Assembly: GCA_030531205.1 (NCBI GenBank)
Contig: JAUNOC010000007.1
Span: forward strand, 2,073 to 66,072
Direction: 5' to 3'
DNA: 64,000 nucleotides
From: Phascolarctobacterium sp.
GTDB lineage: Bacteria > Bacillota > Negativicutes > Acidaminococcales > Acidaminococcaceae
Below are positions 12,170 through 22,658 of this stretch, one piece after another (within the stretch, counting starts at the first letter, position 1; each line of letters starts with the position of its first letter). The notes beneath the pieces were generated by a model that saw nothing but the letters and a program-made list of their open reading frames with translations, made no database searches and had not been told where the DNA came from. The translations under genes were made by a program, and so were the position numbers.

Positions 12170-12487
12170 ATGAGTATTAAAAAAGGTGATACCGTGCTGG
12201 TTCTTTCCGGCAAGGATAAGGGCAAGCAGGGCAAAGTTCTTGAAGCAATGCCGAAGAAGGACAAGGTCGTTGTGGAAGGTATTAACGAAGTAAAACGTCA
12301 TACCAAACCCAATGGGGCCAATCCTCAAGGCGGCATTATTACCAAACCAGCACCAATGACGAGTAGCAAATTGCAGGTAGTTTGTCCTGCTTGCAAAAAA
12401 GCAACCCGTGTAAAGAAGATTGTGGTGGCTGGCAAATCCGTCCGCGCTTGCAAGCGTTGTGGCGAAGTAATTGATAAAGAAAAATAA
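12170..12487 (+). CDS. rplX: 50S ribosomal protein L24
   Basis: [21 protein letters not shown]... is canonical L24. Confidence 0.95.
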   Translation: MSIKKGDTVLVLSGKDKGKQGKVLEAMPKKDKVVVEGINEVKRHTKPNGANPQGGIITKPAPMTSSKLQVVCPACKKATRVKKIVVAGKSVRACKRCGEVIDKEK

Positions 12488-12507
12488 TCGAGGAAGGAGG
12501 AAAATAA

Positions 12508-13056
12508 ATGGCAAAGACTAGACTTCAAGAGAAGTACTTGTCCGAAGTTGTTAAAGGACTTCAAGACAAGTTCAAATATAAAAATGTTATGGAAGTGCCC
12601 AAGGTTGAGAAAGTTATTATCAACATGGGTGTCGGCGAAGCCGTAAGCAATCCCAAGGCATTGGAAAATGCTGTGGCTGACTTGACTTTGATTGCAGGCC
12701 AAAAACCTGTTATCACTAAAGCAAAGAAATCCATTGCGAACTTTAAAGTTCGTGCCGGCATGAACCTTGGCGCAAAGGTAACCCTGCGTGGGGATAGAAT
12801 GTACTATTTTCTCGATAAGTTAATGAACCTGGCATTGCCCCGTGTCCGCGATTTTCGTGGTGTAAGTGCAAAAGCATTTGACGGACGTGGCAACTATGCA
12901 TTAGGTTTAAAAGAACAGCTGATTTTCCCGGAAATCGATTATGATAAAATCGACAAGGTGCGTGGTATGGATGTAATTATTGTTACCACCGCTAAAACCG
13001 ATGAGGAAGGTCGCGAGCTGCTTCGATTGATGGGCATGCCTTTTGGCGCAAATTAA
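12508..13056 (+). CDS. rplE: 50S ribosomal protein L5
   Basis: 182 aa. [20 protein letters not shown] is canonical L5. Confidence 0.96.
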   Translation: MAKTRLQEKYLSEVVKGLQDKFKYKNVMEVPKVEKVIINMGVGEAVSNPKALENAVADLTLIAGQKPVITKAKKSIANFKVRAGMNLGAKVTLRGDRMYYFLDKLMNLALPRVRDFRGVSAKAFDGRGNYALGLKEQLIFPEIDYDKIDKVRGMDVIIVTTAKTDEEGRELLRLMGMPFGAN

Positions 13057-13069
13057 GGAGGTAACAACT

Positions 13070-13255
13070 TTGGCTAAGAAAGCATTGATTGAAAAATGGA
13101 AAGCTGAACCGAAGTACGAAGTTCGCCGCTACAACCGTTGCAAAATCTGCGGCAGACCTCATGCTTATATGCGTAAGTTCGGCATTTGCCGTATCTGTTT
13201 CCGTGAATACGCTTATCAAGGCGTAATTCCCGGTGTTACGAAGGCAAGCTGGTAA
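13070..13255 (+). CDS. rpsZ: 30S ribosomal protein S14, zinc-binding type Z (61 aa)
   Basis: AKKALIEK...[10 protein letters not shown]...CRICFRE shows the Cys4 pattern. TTG start at 13070 after AAGGAGG. The longer track start overlaps rplE. Confidence 0.92.
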   Translation: MAKKALIEKWKAEPKYEVRRYNRCKICGRPHAYMRKFGICRICFREYAYQGVIPGVTKASW

Positions 13256-13279
13256 AGAGAGGAAGGAGGACTTTTAAGA

Positions 13280-13678
13280 ATGGTTATGACTGATCCAATT
13301 GCAGATATGTTGACCCGTATCCGCAATGCAAACTCTGTTCAACATGAAAAAGTTACTATCCCCGCCAGCAAGGTTAAAACGGCTATCGCTGAGATTTTGA
13401 AGAACGAGGGATATATTAAGGACTTTGAAATGGGAACTGAAAATAACCATCCTGTTATGACTGTAAGTTTGAAATACGGTCCTAATCAGGAAAAGGTTAT
13501 TACAGGCATTAAGAGAATTTCTAAACCCGGCTTAAGAATTTATGCTCAAAATGACGAGCTCCCCAAGGTATTGGGCGGACTTGGCATTGCATTAGTTTCT
13601 ACAAGTCAGGGAATGATGACTGACAAGGCAGCCCGCAAGGCAGGCCTTGGCGGCGAAATTGTTGCTTACGTTTGGTAA
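13280..13678 (+). CDS. rpsH: 30S ribosomal protein S8
   Basis: [14 protein letters not shown]... is canonical S8. Confidence 0.96.
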   Translation: MVMTDPIADMLTRIRNANSVQHEKVTIPASKVKTAIAEILKNEGYIKDFEMGTENNHPVMTVSLKYGPNQEKVITGIKRISKPGLRIYAQNDELPKVLGGLGIALVSTSQGMMTDKAARKAGLGGEIVAYVW

Positions 13679-13693
13679 TGGAGGTAGGTTAAA

Positions 13694-14239
13694 ATGTCAA
13701 GAATTGGTAGAAAACCCATCACCGTACCGGCAGGCGTAACGGTGACAATAAATGATAATCTGGTTAAAGTTAAAGGCCCCAAAGGGGAATTGCAACGCCA
13801 GATTTCCAAACAAATGAAATTGACTTTGGACAATGGTGTTCTCACTGTTGAAAGAAGCAATGATGAAAAAGAAAGTGTTGCACTTCACGGTTTGAGCCGT
13901 ACCCTTATCAATAATATGATTGTTGGGGTTACCACCGGTTATTCCAAGACACTTGAAATTATAGGTGTCGGTTATCGTGCAGCAATGCAGGGCAAGGCTA
14001 TTAACTTCAATTTAGGTTTTAGTCATCCTTGCGTAAAAGAACCCCCTGCAGGGATTACCTTCGCAGTTCCTCAACCCAACCAAATTGTGGTTAGCGGAGC
14101 AGACAAGGAATTGGTTGGTGCAGTTGCGGCGGATTTACGTACATTGCGTTTGCCTGAACCTTACAAAGGAAAAGGCATCCGTTACCAGGGCGAATATGTA
14201 CGTCGTAAAGTCGGCAAGGCTGCCGCTAAGGGTAAGTAA
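13694..14239 (+). CDS. rplF: 50S ribosomal protein L6
   Basis: MSRIGRKPITVPAGV... is canonical L6. Confidence 0.96.
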   Translation: MSRIGRKPITVPAGVTVTINDNLVKVKGPKGELQRQISKQMKLTLDNGVLTVERSNDEKESVALHGLSRTLINNMIVGVTTGYSKTLEIIGVGYRAAMQGKAINFNLGFSHPCVKEPPAGITFAVPQPNQIVVSGADKELVGAVAADLRTLRLPEPYKGKGIRYQGEYVRRKVGKAAAKGK

Positions 14240-14257
14240 TAGGAAGGAGTGACGATT

Positions 14258-14620
14258 TTGTTTAATAAAGTTAACAAGAACGCTAAGCGCGTAAAACGTC
14301 ATGGCAGGGTGCGCAGATATATTCAGGGCACCGCCGAAATTCCCCGCTTGAATGTGTTCCGCTCCTTGAGTAATATCTATGCACAGATTATTGATGATGA
14401 AAGCGGCAAGACATTGGTTGCTGCCAGCACCATAGAAAAATCTGTGAAAGAAACCTACGGCGGTAACATTGAAGCAGCAAAAGCGATTGGCAAAACTATT
14501 GCTGAAAGAGCTTTAGCAAAGGGCATTAAAAATGTAGTATTTGACCGTGGCGGTTATATCTATCATGGTCGTGTAAAAGCATTGGCAGAGGCCGCTCGTG
14601 AAGCTGGCCTTGAGTTCTAA
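14258..14620 (+). CDS. rplR: 50S ribosomal protein L18
   Basis: [17 protein letters not shown]... is L18. I prefer the TTG start at 14258 (9 nt after GGAG) over the GTG at 14249, which abuts the SD. Confidence 0.9.
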   Translation: MFNKVNKNAKRVKRHGRVRRYIQGTAEIPRLNVFRSLSNIYAQIIDDESGKTLVAASTIEKSVKETYGGNIEAAKAIGKTIAERALAKGIKNVVFDRGGYIYHGRVKALAEAAREAGLEF

Positions 14621-14637
14621 GAAAGGAGGAATGACAA

Positions 14638-15288
14638 GTGGCTGAAGAAGAAAAGAAAGAAGTGCAGGCTGAAAAAGCTGAAACAAAAGAAGTAAAAGAA
14701 GTTAAACAAGGCAAAGAACAAAAAACAGAACAACGTGGCGAACGCAAACCGCGTGGCCGTAAGAATGAACGCCGTGACCGCAAGGACCGTCGTGATGACA
14801 AAAAAGACCAAAACGAAATGATTGAGAAGATGGTCTTCTTGAATCGTTGTGCTAAGGTTGTTAAAGGTGGTCGTCGTTACTCCTTTGCAGCGTTGATGGT
14901 TGTTGGTGACGGTAAAGGTCATGTTGGCATGGGTTTGGGAAAAGCAGCTGAAGTTCCTGAAGCAGTACGTAAAGGAATTGAGGATGCTAAAAAGTCCATG
15001 ATTAACGTACCGAGAGTTGGTACCACCATTCCTCATGAGAACATTGGTATTTTTGGTGCAGGCAGAGTATTATTGAAACCCGCCAGCAAAGGTACCGGTG
15101 TTATTGCTGGTGGTCCCGTGCGTGCGGTATTGGAATGTGCAGGGATTAGTGACATTCTCACCAAATCTCAAGGCAGTGCTAATGCCGGCAACATCGTACG
15201 TGCTACCATGGAAGCATTGAAAAATTTAAAATCTGCTGAAGGTGTAGCTGCATTGCGTGGCAAGACCGTAGCAGAAATTGTAGGTTGA
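14638..15288 (+). CDS. rpsE: 30S ribosomal protein S5 with a ~45-aa Lys/Glu/Arg-rich N-terminal extension
   Basis: The core ...[30 protein letters not shown]... is canonical S5. GTG start after AAGGAGG. The protein is 216 aa. Confidence 0.93.
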   Translation: MAEEEKKEVQAEKAETKEVKEVKQGKEQKTEQRGERKPRGRKNERRDRKDRRDDKKDQNEMIEKMVFLNRCAKVVKGGRRYSFAALMVVGDGKGHVGMGLGKAAEVPEAVRKGIEDAKKSMINVPRVGTTIPHENIGIFGAGRVLLKPASKGTGVIAGGPVRAVLECAGISDILTKSQGSANAGNIVRATMEALKNLKSAEGVAALRGKTVAEIVG

Positions 15289-15304
15289 TTGGAGGGAATT
15301 GATT

Positions 15305-15484
15305 ATGGCAAAACTTAAAATTACATTAGTAAAGAGCGTAATCGGTTATACCGAAGATCAAAAACTGACTGTACGGGCATTGGGATTAAGAAAAATCCGT
15401 ACCAGTGCAGTGCAAGAGGATACACCTGTTATCCGCGGGATGATTCACAAGGTACAACATCTCGTTAAAGTTGAGAATGCTTAA
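15305..15484 (+). CDS. rpmD: 50S ribosomal protein L30
   Basis: [14 protein letters not shown]... The ATG at 15305 lies 7 nt after GGAGGG. The ATG at 15299 is too close to the SD. Confidence 0.93.
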   Translation: MAKLKITLVKSVIGYTEDQKLTVRALGLRKIRTSAVQEDTPVIRGMIHKVQHLVKVENA

Positions 15485-15495
15485 GGAGGAGAAGG

Positions 15496-15936
15496 ATGTA
15501 CTTACATGAACTGGCACCCGCTGAGGGTTCCCAAAAAAAACACATCCGTGTAGGTCGTGGCCTGGGCTCCGGCTTTGGCAAAACTGCAGGGAAAGGTACA
15601 AAAGGTCAACATTCCCGTTCCGGCGGTGTTAAGCGTCCTGGTTTTGAAGGCGGTCAACGTCCTCTTTACCTGCGCTTGCCGAAACGTGGTTTCTATAATA
15701 AGTTTGGCAAAGAATTTACCGAACTTAATGTTAGCGATTTGAACCGTTTTGATGACGGCACCACTGTAGATGCAATTCTTCTTATTGAAGAGGGCGTGGT
15801 GAAAAACGTCAGGGACGGTATCCGGATTCTTGGCAAAGGTGAGCTGACCAAAAAACTTACCGTACAAGCAGCCGGATTTAGCAAAGCAGCTGAAGAAAAA
15901 ATTTTAGCTGCAGGCGGTAAGGTAGAGGTTATTTGA
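15496..15936 (+). CDS. rplO: 50S ribosomal protein L15
   Basis: [23 protein letters not shown] is canonical L15. Confidence 0.96.
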   Translation: MYLHELAPAEGSQKKHIRVGRGLGSGFGKTAGKGTKGQHSRSGGVKRPGFEGGQRPLYLRLPKRGFYNKFGKEFTELNVSDLNRFDDGTTVDAILLIEEGVVKNVRDGIRILGKGELTKKLTVQAAGFSKAAEEKILAAGGKVEVI

Positions 15937-15963
15937 AAACTTTCTGCAAGAAAGAGGTAATCA

Positions 15964-17220
15964 ATGTTATCTGAATTTGCAAATGGTTTCAAAGTAACTG
16001 AGCTCAGAAACAGAGTAATTTTTACCCTGGTAATGTTCTGCTTTTTCCGTTTAGGAGCACATATCCCCGTACCCGGAGTGAATGCAGAAGTTATTGAGCA
16101 GTTGTTCAATAGCGGAAGTTTGTTCGGAATGCTGGATATGTTCAGCGGCGGTGCCTTGAGTAAATTTTCCATCTTTGCAATGAGCATTACCCCGTACATT
16201 AATGCTTCAATTATTCTTCAACTTTTGAAGGCGGTAGTCCCGACTTTGGATCAATGGTCAAAGGAGGGCGAAGAGGGCTTTAAGAAGATTAACAAGCTGA
16301 CCCGTCAATTCACAGTAGTTCTGTGCTTTGTACAGGCGTATGGCATGGCTTATGGCCTTCGTATGGCAATCAATAACCCAGGCATTGCTTCAATGCTTAT
16401 GATTGCCTTAACGCTCACCGCAGGAACAATGCTCCTAATGTGGATTGGCGAACAGATGACTGCTAAAGGTCTTGGAAACGGTATTTCGCTCATCATCTTC
16501 GCGGGTATCGTCAGTCGTCTTCCGGATGGGTTGAAGGTAATTTATGAATACCTGAATGCGGGCACAGTTAATCTGGTGAATGTGATCTTGTTCGCGGTGC
16601 TTGCCCTAGCCATAATCATTTTTGTAATAATGATTACGGAAGGGATTCGCAAGATTCCCATTCAATATGCCAAACGCATTGTGGGACACAAGTCCTATGG
16701 TGGTTCAAGCAGTTATCTACCTATGAAAATAAATCAGGCAAATGTTATTCCGGTCATCTTTGCATCCAGTGTGCTGATGTTTCCAGCCACTATTGCACAG
16801 TTTGTCAATGTGCCGGCAGTAAGAAATTTTGCTGAATATCTTCGTTGGGGCAGCCCGCTGCAAACCACACTATATGTTCTCTTAATAATTTTCTTCACTT
16901 TCTTTTATACGGCAGTAATGATGAATATAAAAGATTTGAGTGAGAACTTGAAAAAGAACGGTGGCTTTATTCCGGGGATTCGCCCCGGACAACCCACAGC
17001 GGATTATCTTGATGGTGTTATGAGCCGCATCACCATGGCAGGAGCAATATTCTTAGCCATTATTGCGTTGACGCCGAATGTCGTCGCTGGAATTACCCAT
17101 ATCGAAGGCATTTACTTTGGCGGCACAGCTCTGCTGATTGTGGTGGCAGTGGCTTTAGACACACTTAAACAAGCGGAAAGTATGGTAATCATGAGGCATT
17201 ATCATGGTTTCATGAAGTAG
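15964..17220 (+). CDS. secY: Preprotein translocase subunit SecY
   Basis: 418-aa multi-TM protein in the conserved spc-operon position. Confidence 0.96.
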   Translation: MLSEFANGFKVTELRNRVIFTLVMFCFFRLGAHIPVPGVNAEVIEQLFNSGSLFGMLDMFSGGALSKFSIFAMSITPYINASIILQLLKAVVPTLDQWSKEGEEGFKKINKLTRQFTVVLCFVQAYGMAYGLRMAINNPGIASMLMIALTLTAGTMLLMWIGEQMTAKGLGNGISLIIFAGIVSRLPDGLKVIYEYLNAGTVNLVNVILFAVLALAIIIFVIMITEGIRKIPIQYAKRIVGHKSYGGSSSYLPMKINQANVIPVIFASSVLMFPATIAQFVNVPAVRNFAEYLRWGSPLQTTLYVLLIIFFTFFYTAVMMNIKDLSENLKKNGGFIPGIRPGQPTADYLDGVMSRITMAGAIFLAIIALTPNVVAGITHIEGIYFGGTALLIVVAVALDTLKQAESMVIMRHYHGFMK

Positions 17221-17228
17221 GAGGAATT

Positions 17229-17876
17229 ATGTATATTCTATTAATGGGACCTCCGGGTGCAGGTAAGGGCACCCAAGCTGAAAGGCTGATCAGCGATTTC
17301 AAACTCCCCCATATCTCCACAGGTGATATGTTCCGGGCAGCAGTAAAGGCAGGCACGGCAATGGGGAAAGAAGCCAAAAAATATATGGATGCAGGCGGTC
17401 TGGTGCCGGACGAAGTAACCATTGGAATTGTTCGGGAAGGATTGGCAAAACCGGAATGTGCAAAAGATTTTATGCTGGACGGTTTTCCACGCACTTTGGA
17501 ACAGGCAGTGGCGCTTGACAAAATTATGGCAGACATGGGCAAGAAATTGGATGCAGTATTGAATATCAATGTACCCGATTCAGAACTTGTCAGCAGGGTA
17601 ACAGGCAGACGCATCTGTAAAGAATGTGGTGCAACCTATCACGAAAAATTCAACCCCACCAAAGTTGCAGGCAAATGTGACAAATGTGGCGGAGTGCTGT
17701 ATCAACGTGATGATGATAAAGGTGAAACGGTACTTAACCGTTTGAAAGCTTATCATTCCCAAACAGAACCCCTCTTTGACTATTACAGAAAAGCAGGCAT
17801 TTACAAAGAAGTGAACGGCTTGCAGGACATTGAGAAGGTTTATCAGGATGTTAAGCAAGCGTTAGGCAAGGCATAA
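17229..17876 (+). CDS. adk: Adenylate kinase (zinc-lid type)
   Basis: [11 protein letters not shown]-loop. CKECG...CDKCG lid cysteines. Confidence 0.96.
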   Translation: MYILLMGPPGAGKGTQAERLISDFKLPHISTGDMFRAAVKAGTAMGKEAKKYMDAGGLVPDEVTIGIVREGLAKPECAKDFMLDGFPRTLEQAVALDKIMADMGKKLDAVLNINVPDSELVSRVTGRRICKECGATYHEKFNPTKVAGKCDKCGGVLYQRDDDKGETVLNRLKAYHSQTEPLFDYYRKAGIYKEVNGLQDIEKVYQDVKQALGKA

Positions 17877-17888
17877 GGAGGAAGCCGG

Positions 17889-18107
17889 ATGTCGAAACAA
17901 GATGTTATCGAGGTTACGGGAGTAATTCTGGAAGCGTTGCCGAACGCAATGTTCAAGGTTGAGCTGGAAAACAAACATGTGATTTTGGCTCATATCAGTG
18001 GTAAAATTCGTATGAATTTTATAAAGATTCTTCCCGGGGACAAGGTTACAGTGGAACTTACTCCCTATGACCTGAACCGTGGCAGAATCACCTATCGTTT
18101 TAAGTAA
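17889..18107 (+). CDS. infA: Translation initiation factor IF-1
   Basis: 72 aa. ...[25 protein letters not shown]... is canonical IF-1. Confidence 0.96.
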   Translation: MSKQDVIEVTGVILEALPNAMFKVELENKHVILAHISGKIRMNFIKILPGDKVTVELTPYDLNRGRITYRFK

Positions 18108-18126
18108 TTACAGGAGGAAAACGTAA

Positions 18127-18240
<114 letters not shown>

Positions 18241-18254
18241 GAGGAGGTAAAAGA

Positions 18255-18626
18255 ATGGCTCGTATTAGTGGTGTGGATTTGCCAAGAGACAAACGCATCG
18301 AATATGCACTTCCCTACATTTATGGAATTGGCTTGACTCTTTCCCGTTACATTCTCAGCAAGACCGGTATCAACCCTGATACCCGTGTGCGGGATTTAAC
18401 AGAAGAAGAAATGGCTAAAATCCGTGAAGTGATTGAAAAAGACGAAATCAAAGTTGAAGGTGATTTGCGTCGTGAAGAACAGATGAACATCAAACGGTTG
18501 ATTGAAATTGGCAGCTATCGTGGCCGCCGTCATCGTGCCGGTTTGCCTGTTCGCGGACAAAACACCAAGAATAACGCCCGTACACGTAAAGGTCCGAAAA
18601 AGACCCCGGGCGCAAAGAAGAAATAA
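18255..18626 (+). CDS. rpsM: 30S ribosomal protein S13
   Basis: [14 protein letters not shown]... ATG at 18255 after GAGGAGG. The longer track ORF overlaps rpmJ. Confidence 0.95.
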   Translation: MARISGVDLPRDKRIEYALPYIYGIGLTLSRYILSKTGINPDTRVRDLTEEEMAKIREVIEKDEIKVEGDLRREEQMNIKRLIEIGSYRGRRHRAGLPVRGQNTKNNARTRKGPKKTPGAKKK

Positions 18627-18643
18627 GGAAGGAGTGATTTAAT

Positions 18644-19027
18644 TTGGCAGTTAGAACTGGTAAGAAAAAAGTAGTTAGAAAAGTTGCTACCGGTGTTGCA
18701 CATATCCGTAGCACTTTCAACAATACCATCGTTAGTATTTCTGATACAGATGGCAGAGTATTGGCATGGGCCAGTGCCGGCGAAATGGGCTTCCGTGGCA
18801 GCCGTAAATCCACTCCTTTTGCCGCACAAATGGCAGCTGAAACAGCCGTAAAGAATGTTATGGAATACGGCTTGAAAGAAGTTGCTGTATATGTAAAAGG
18901 GCCGGGAGCAGGCCGTGAGTCCGCAATCCGTGCGTTGCAAGCAGGCGGTTTGGAAATTACTGCAATCAGGGATGTAACACCAATTCCCCACAATGGTTGC
19001 CGTCCGCCCAAGCGTCGTCGCGTATAA
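18644..19027 (+). CDS. rpsK: 30S ribosomal protein S11
   Basis: ...[18 protein letters not shown]... is canonical S11. TTG start. Confidence 0.95.
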   Translation: MAVRTGKKKVVRKVATGVAHIRSTFNNTIVSISDTDGRVLAWASAGEMGFRGSRKSTPFAAQMAAETAVKNVMEYGLKEVAVYVKGPGAGRESAIRALQAGGLEITAIRDVTPIPHNGCRPPKRRRV

Positions 19028-19041
19028 TGAGGAGGTAAAAT

Positions 19042-19635
19042 ATGGCATTAGAAAAAGGCCCTGTGTTGAAGCGTTGCCGCAGTTTGGGCTTGGCACCTCA
19101 GTTTTTGGGCGTAAATAAAGAATCCAAACGGCAAGCACGCCGTTTGTTGAAGAAGAAAAGTGAATATGGCATTCAATTAAACGAGAAACAAAAGGCCAAA
19201 TTCATTTATGGCGTATTGGAACGTCAGTTCCGTGGCTATTACGAAAAAGCTAAAAAGATTGAAGGCGTAACCGGTACTAACCTGTTAGTATTGTTGGAAC
19301 GCCGTCTTGACAATGTAGTATATCGTATGGGTTTGGCAACTACCCGCCGTCAGTCACGCCAAGTTGTCCGTCACGGACATATCGCTGTAAACGGCAAAAA
19401 AGTTGATATTCCTTCTGCTCTCGTCAGCGTAGGTGATGTGGTAACTGTTGCAGAGAGCAGCAGATCTAAAGAATACTTTAAAGGAATGGATGAGAAACTC
19501 GCCAAGGTTGCTGTTCCCGCTTGGATTGAACTTGACGCTACCAATATGAGCGGCAAGATTGCACGTTTTCCGCAACGGGAAGAAATCGATGTACCCATCG
19601 AGGAGCATTTCATCGTCGAGTTGTACTCCAAATAA
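19042..19635 (+). CDS. rpsD: 30S ribosomal protein S4
   Basis: 197 aa. ...[23 protein letters not shown]... is canonical S4. Confidence 0.96.
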   Translation: [197 protein letters not shown]

Positions 19636-19704
19636 TAACTTTCAATTTTCAGTTGTTGTTTACTTTGTTGCGTGGTGCGACAAACGAAAGGAGTGTAATA
19701 CGAT

Positions 19705-20670
19705 ATGATTAAAGTTGTTAGACCTCATTTGCTGGAAAACTTTGTTAGTGATGACACAAGTTACGGCAGATTTGTTTGGGAACCTTTGGAAAGAGGTTTT
19801 GGTATAACCTTGGGCAACAGCTTGCGCCGGGTACTTTTAAGTTCTTTGGACGGCCTGGCTGTTTATCAAATTAAAATTGACGGGGTTTTGCATGAATTCA
19901 CTTCCGTACCCGGTGTCAGGGAAGATGTTACCAACATCATTCTCAACATCAAGGGCTTGAATTTCAAGGCATTGGCAGAAGATGTGGACGAAAAAGTTTT
20001 ACATCTGGAAGTCAAGGGCGAAGGTGAAGTTACTGCCAAAGATATAGAATGTCCTTCTGACGTTGAAATCTTGAATCCCGAATTACATATTGCTACCTTG
20101 GACAGAGGTGGTTCTTTGAAAATGGATATCTTCATTAAACGTGGTGTAGGTTATGTGCCTGCAGAGCGGAACAAAAGTGGGGATATCATTGGCACCATTC
20201 CTGTGGACAGTATCTTTGCCCCGGTGTTAAGAGTTAAGTTTGGTGTAACCAATGCCCGTGTCGGCAATGTTACCAACTACGACCGTCTGACCCTGGAACT
20301 TTGGACTGACGGCAGTATTGACCCTGTGAGCGCAGTAGATAAGGCAAGCGGAATTCTGAAAGAATATTTGGATATGTTCCGCACCACCCGTGATATTATC
20401 CTGATGACGGATGAAGATGAACAGGGTGGGTCTAAAGAAGAAACCCACAAGAGTGCCAGCGTGGAAGACCTGGACCTCTCCGTGCGTAGCACCAACTGCC
20501 TGCGTAGGGCTGGCATTGGCACCATTGATGACCTGTGCAAGAGAACGGAAGACGACATGATGAAAATCCGTAACCTGGGCAGAAAATCTTTGGACGAAAT
20601 TAAGAAGAAGTTGGCCGGAATGGGCTTGGGCTTCAGACTCGTAGATTCAGAAAGAGAAGAGGAGGAATAA
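19705..20670 (+). CDS. rpoA: DNA-directed RNA polymerase alpha subunit
   Basis: 321 aa. ...GNSLRRVLLSS... in the N-terminal domain; C-terminal LDLSVRSTNCLRRAGI motif. Confidence 0.96.
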   Translation: MIKVVRPHLLENFVSDDTSYGRFVWEPLERGFGITLGNSLRRVLLSSLDGLAVYQIKIDGVLHEFTSVPGVREDVTNIILNIKGLNFKALAEDVDEKVLHLEVKGEGEVTAKDIECPSDVEILNPELHIATLDRGGSLKMDIFIKRGVGYVPAERNKSGDIIGTIPVDSIFAPVLRVKFGVTNARVGNVTNYDRLTLELWTDGSIDPVSAVDKASGILKEYLDMFRTTRDIILMTDEDEQGGSKEETHKSASVEDLDLSVRSTNCLRRAGIGTIDDLCKRTEDDMMKIRNLGRKSLDEIKKKLAGMGLGFRLVDSEREEEE

Positions 20671-20671
20671 A

Positions 20672-21010
20672 ATGTTCTATAGGAAATTAAGTAGAAATAC
20701 TGGCAATCGCAAAGCGTTGTTCCGTAGCATTTTGGTTTCCTTCTTTAGATATGGCAGAATTGAAACTACCATCGCTAAAGCAAAGGAAGTTGCAAAGCAC
20801 AGCGCCAATATGATTAGCGTGGCACAAAAGGCAACCTTGGCTGCCCGCCGTCAGGTAATCGCTGAACTTCAGGACGAAGAAGTTGTAACGAAACTTTTTG
20901 ATGAAATTGCCCCCAAATACAAAGACCGTAAGGGTGGCTTTACCCGCATTTACCGTAAAGGCCCCCGCCGTGGGGATGCGGCTGAAATGGCTATCATTGA
21001 GTTAATCTGA
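20672..21010 (+). CDS. rplQ: 50S ribosomal protein L17
   Basis: 112 aa. ...KGGFTRIYRKGPRRGD... is canonical L17. Confidence 0.95.
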   Translation: MFYRKLSRNTGNRKALFRSILVSFFRYGRIETTIAKAKEVAKHSANMISVAQKATLAARRQVIAELQDEEVVTKLFDEIAPKYKDRKGGFTRIYRKGPRRGDAAEMAIIELI

Positions 21011-21014
21011 AAGA

Positions 21015-21041
21015 AGGCCGCACTTTGGTGCGGCTTTTTTG
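21015..21041 (+). terminator. Rho-independent terminator ending the alpha operon
   Basis: GCCGCAC tttg GTGCGGC followed by TTTTTT. Confidence 0.8.
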
Positions 21042-21069
21042 CATTTATATTTTTTGATTTTAGAAGATT

Positions 21070-22155
21070 ATGCTGACTAAAAATGTTGTAGAATTTTTAT
21101 ATTCCACCGCTTCTATGCAACGGTGGAACGACCATATCAGGGTGGACGGCTTCACAGAACTGGACAAGCAGGCACACAAGGCAATGATTCTTTATGTCTT
21201 GGGCAGACACGAAGAAGACGAAGGGACAAAACCTAACTGGCGGGTTTTGGTGGAAGGGCTTATCTTTGAATATATCCACCGTTCTTTTCTGACGGACATC
21301 AAGCCGCCAGTCTTTCACGAATTAGTGAGAGAGTGCAAAAGGGAACTGAATGATTGGGTTTATAAACAAGTTGACGAAAGAGTGCCCGACCTGGACAAGG
21401 GACTGCGAAGCCGTATGGAAGATTGGTTTGACAAAAGCGACAACCCGTTGGAAAAGCAGTTGGTGCGTGCCGCACACTATTTGGCAACCCAGTGGGAATT
21501 TGCGGTCATCTATCGTTTGAACGAGGGCCGTTACGGCATTGAGGAAACTAAAAAAGAAATAGAGTCAGAACTCTTAAACCACAAGAATTTGGCAGGCACA
21601 CGCCAAGTTGTTTTTGGCGGGCCCACCAAAAATTTTATTGATTTAGTCGGTCAACTGCGTTATCAAAAACGCTGGGCACAAAGCGAACGGCTGCCCAGCA
21701 CCAGCGTTTTAGGGCATAGTTTGATTGTCGCCATGTTTGGCTATATGTGCAATTTGCAGCGTGGCCGCAAGGATGCAGAAACATTGGAAGATTTTTGGCG
21801 TGGGCTGTTTCATGACTTGCCGGAAGTTTTGACCAGGGATATTGTCAGCCCGGTCAAGAAGAATGTGGCAGGATTGGATGAAGTAATAAGCAGGGTGGAG
21901 AATAAACTCATTAACGAAAAAATTTTACCGCTTTTGCCGGAACACTGGCGTAAGGATATGCTTCGCATCACGCAAGGATTTGATGCCGCATCGTTGATGA
22001 AAGCGTGTGACAATTTGGCTGCCTATATGGAAGTCAAACTCAGTCAGGAAAGCGGTGTTACCAGCAGGCATATGGAGGAAGCCGCCAAAGCGATGGAAAA
22101 GCAATATAAGGATAAAGTTATAGACGGAATTGACTTTGGGAAACTGTTTGTGTAA
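21070..22155 (+). CDS. HD-domain phosphohydrolase family protein
   Basis: 361 aa. ...LGHSLIVAMF... and ...FHDLPEVLTRDIVSPVK... resemble HD-superfamily metal-binding motifs. Specific function unknown. Confidence 0.6.
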   Translation: MLTKNVVEFLYSTASMQRWNDHIRVDGFTELDKQAHKAMILYVLGRHEEDEGTKPNWRVLVEGLIFEYIHRSFLTDIKPPVFHELVRECKRELNDWVYKQVDERVPDLDKGLRSRMEDWFDKSDNPLEKQLVRAAHYLATQWEFAVIYRLNEGRYGIEETKKEIESELLNHKNLAGTRQVVFGGPTKNFIDLVGQLRYQKRWAQSERLPSTSVLGHSLIVAMFGYMCNLQRGRKDAETLEDFWRGLFHDLPEVLTRDIVSPVKKNVAGLDEVISRVENKLINEKILPLLPEHWRKDMLRITQGFDAASLMKACDNLAAYMEVKLSQESGVTSRHMEEAAKAMEKQYKDKVIDGIDFGKLFV

Positions 22156-22187
22156 TTAGCAATTAGTAATGAGTAATTAGTAATTGT
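22153..22187. repeat. Heptamer tract TAATTAG CAATTAG TAATGAG TAATTAG TAATTGT, starting with the TAA stop of the upstream gene
   Basis: 7-nt periodicity read directly. An inverted counterpart lies at 22659-22680, and the same type recurs at 63983-64000. Confidence 0.7.
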
Positions 22188-22404
22188 GGTAAAATGTTCC
22201 GTTGATTAGATTTTTGGGTTTCAGGTGTGTGGAGTTTTGCAAACCCTCGTCCGCCCATAAAGGGGTAGACAGTCCGGTGGACTGTCGCCGAGAAATTTGG
22301 GCTTGTCCAGCGAGGTAAAAGACCGACACAGGTTTTAAGGTCGGTGGTGGGGTGAGCAATTATGCGGAGGATAATGAAAAGATAAAAAATTAAAGCTTAA
22401 AGTT
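22186..22404 (+). repeat. Partial element copy: TIR-like end plus conserved module Y
   Basis: GTGGTAAAATGTTCCGTTGATTAGA matches the family TIR. 22217-22368 aligns with 40316-40420 and part of 32326-32400. Confidence 0.7.
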
Positions 22405-22658
22405 ATGGTAAGATGTTCCTGAGATTATAGCAGGATAGTTAGTATAGCGCGAACTTAAGGCCCCTTGGTGAAGGGGCTGTCAGCGATAGGAACATAGGTG
22501 GCTGACTGAGGATTGGGAACTTCGCATTATGCGAAAGTATCGCTTTAATCTGCACCCCCAGTCGCCTTTCTATGTTCCTTTAGGCGCCAGCCCCCGCAAA
22601 GGCGGGGGCTACTCATGTTCCTGTAATCTGTAATATAATCATAGGAACATATCACCAT
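22405..22658 (+). mobile_element. Complete 254-bp TIR-bounded non-coding element (MITE-like), copy A2
   Basis: The left end ATGGTAAGATGTTCCTGAGATTATA matches the reverse complement of the right end, ATGGTGATATGTTCCTATGATTATA. Internal GC hairpins. No ORF with an SD. Confidence 0.75.

Noticed and set aside
17877-17888. Absence of map (methionine aminopeptidase) between adk and infA as a possible deletion.
   Set aside because: The adk-infA junction is a clean 12-nt spacer with an SD. map is probably encoded elsewhere, and gene order varies among Firmicutes.
22177-22359. Small ORFs lying inside element copies (22177-22359 minus, 43988-44221 plus, 44010-44198 minus).
   Set aside because: They span TIRs and hairpin modules, have no SD, and their reading frames are not preserved between copies of the element.
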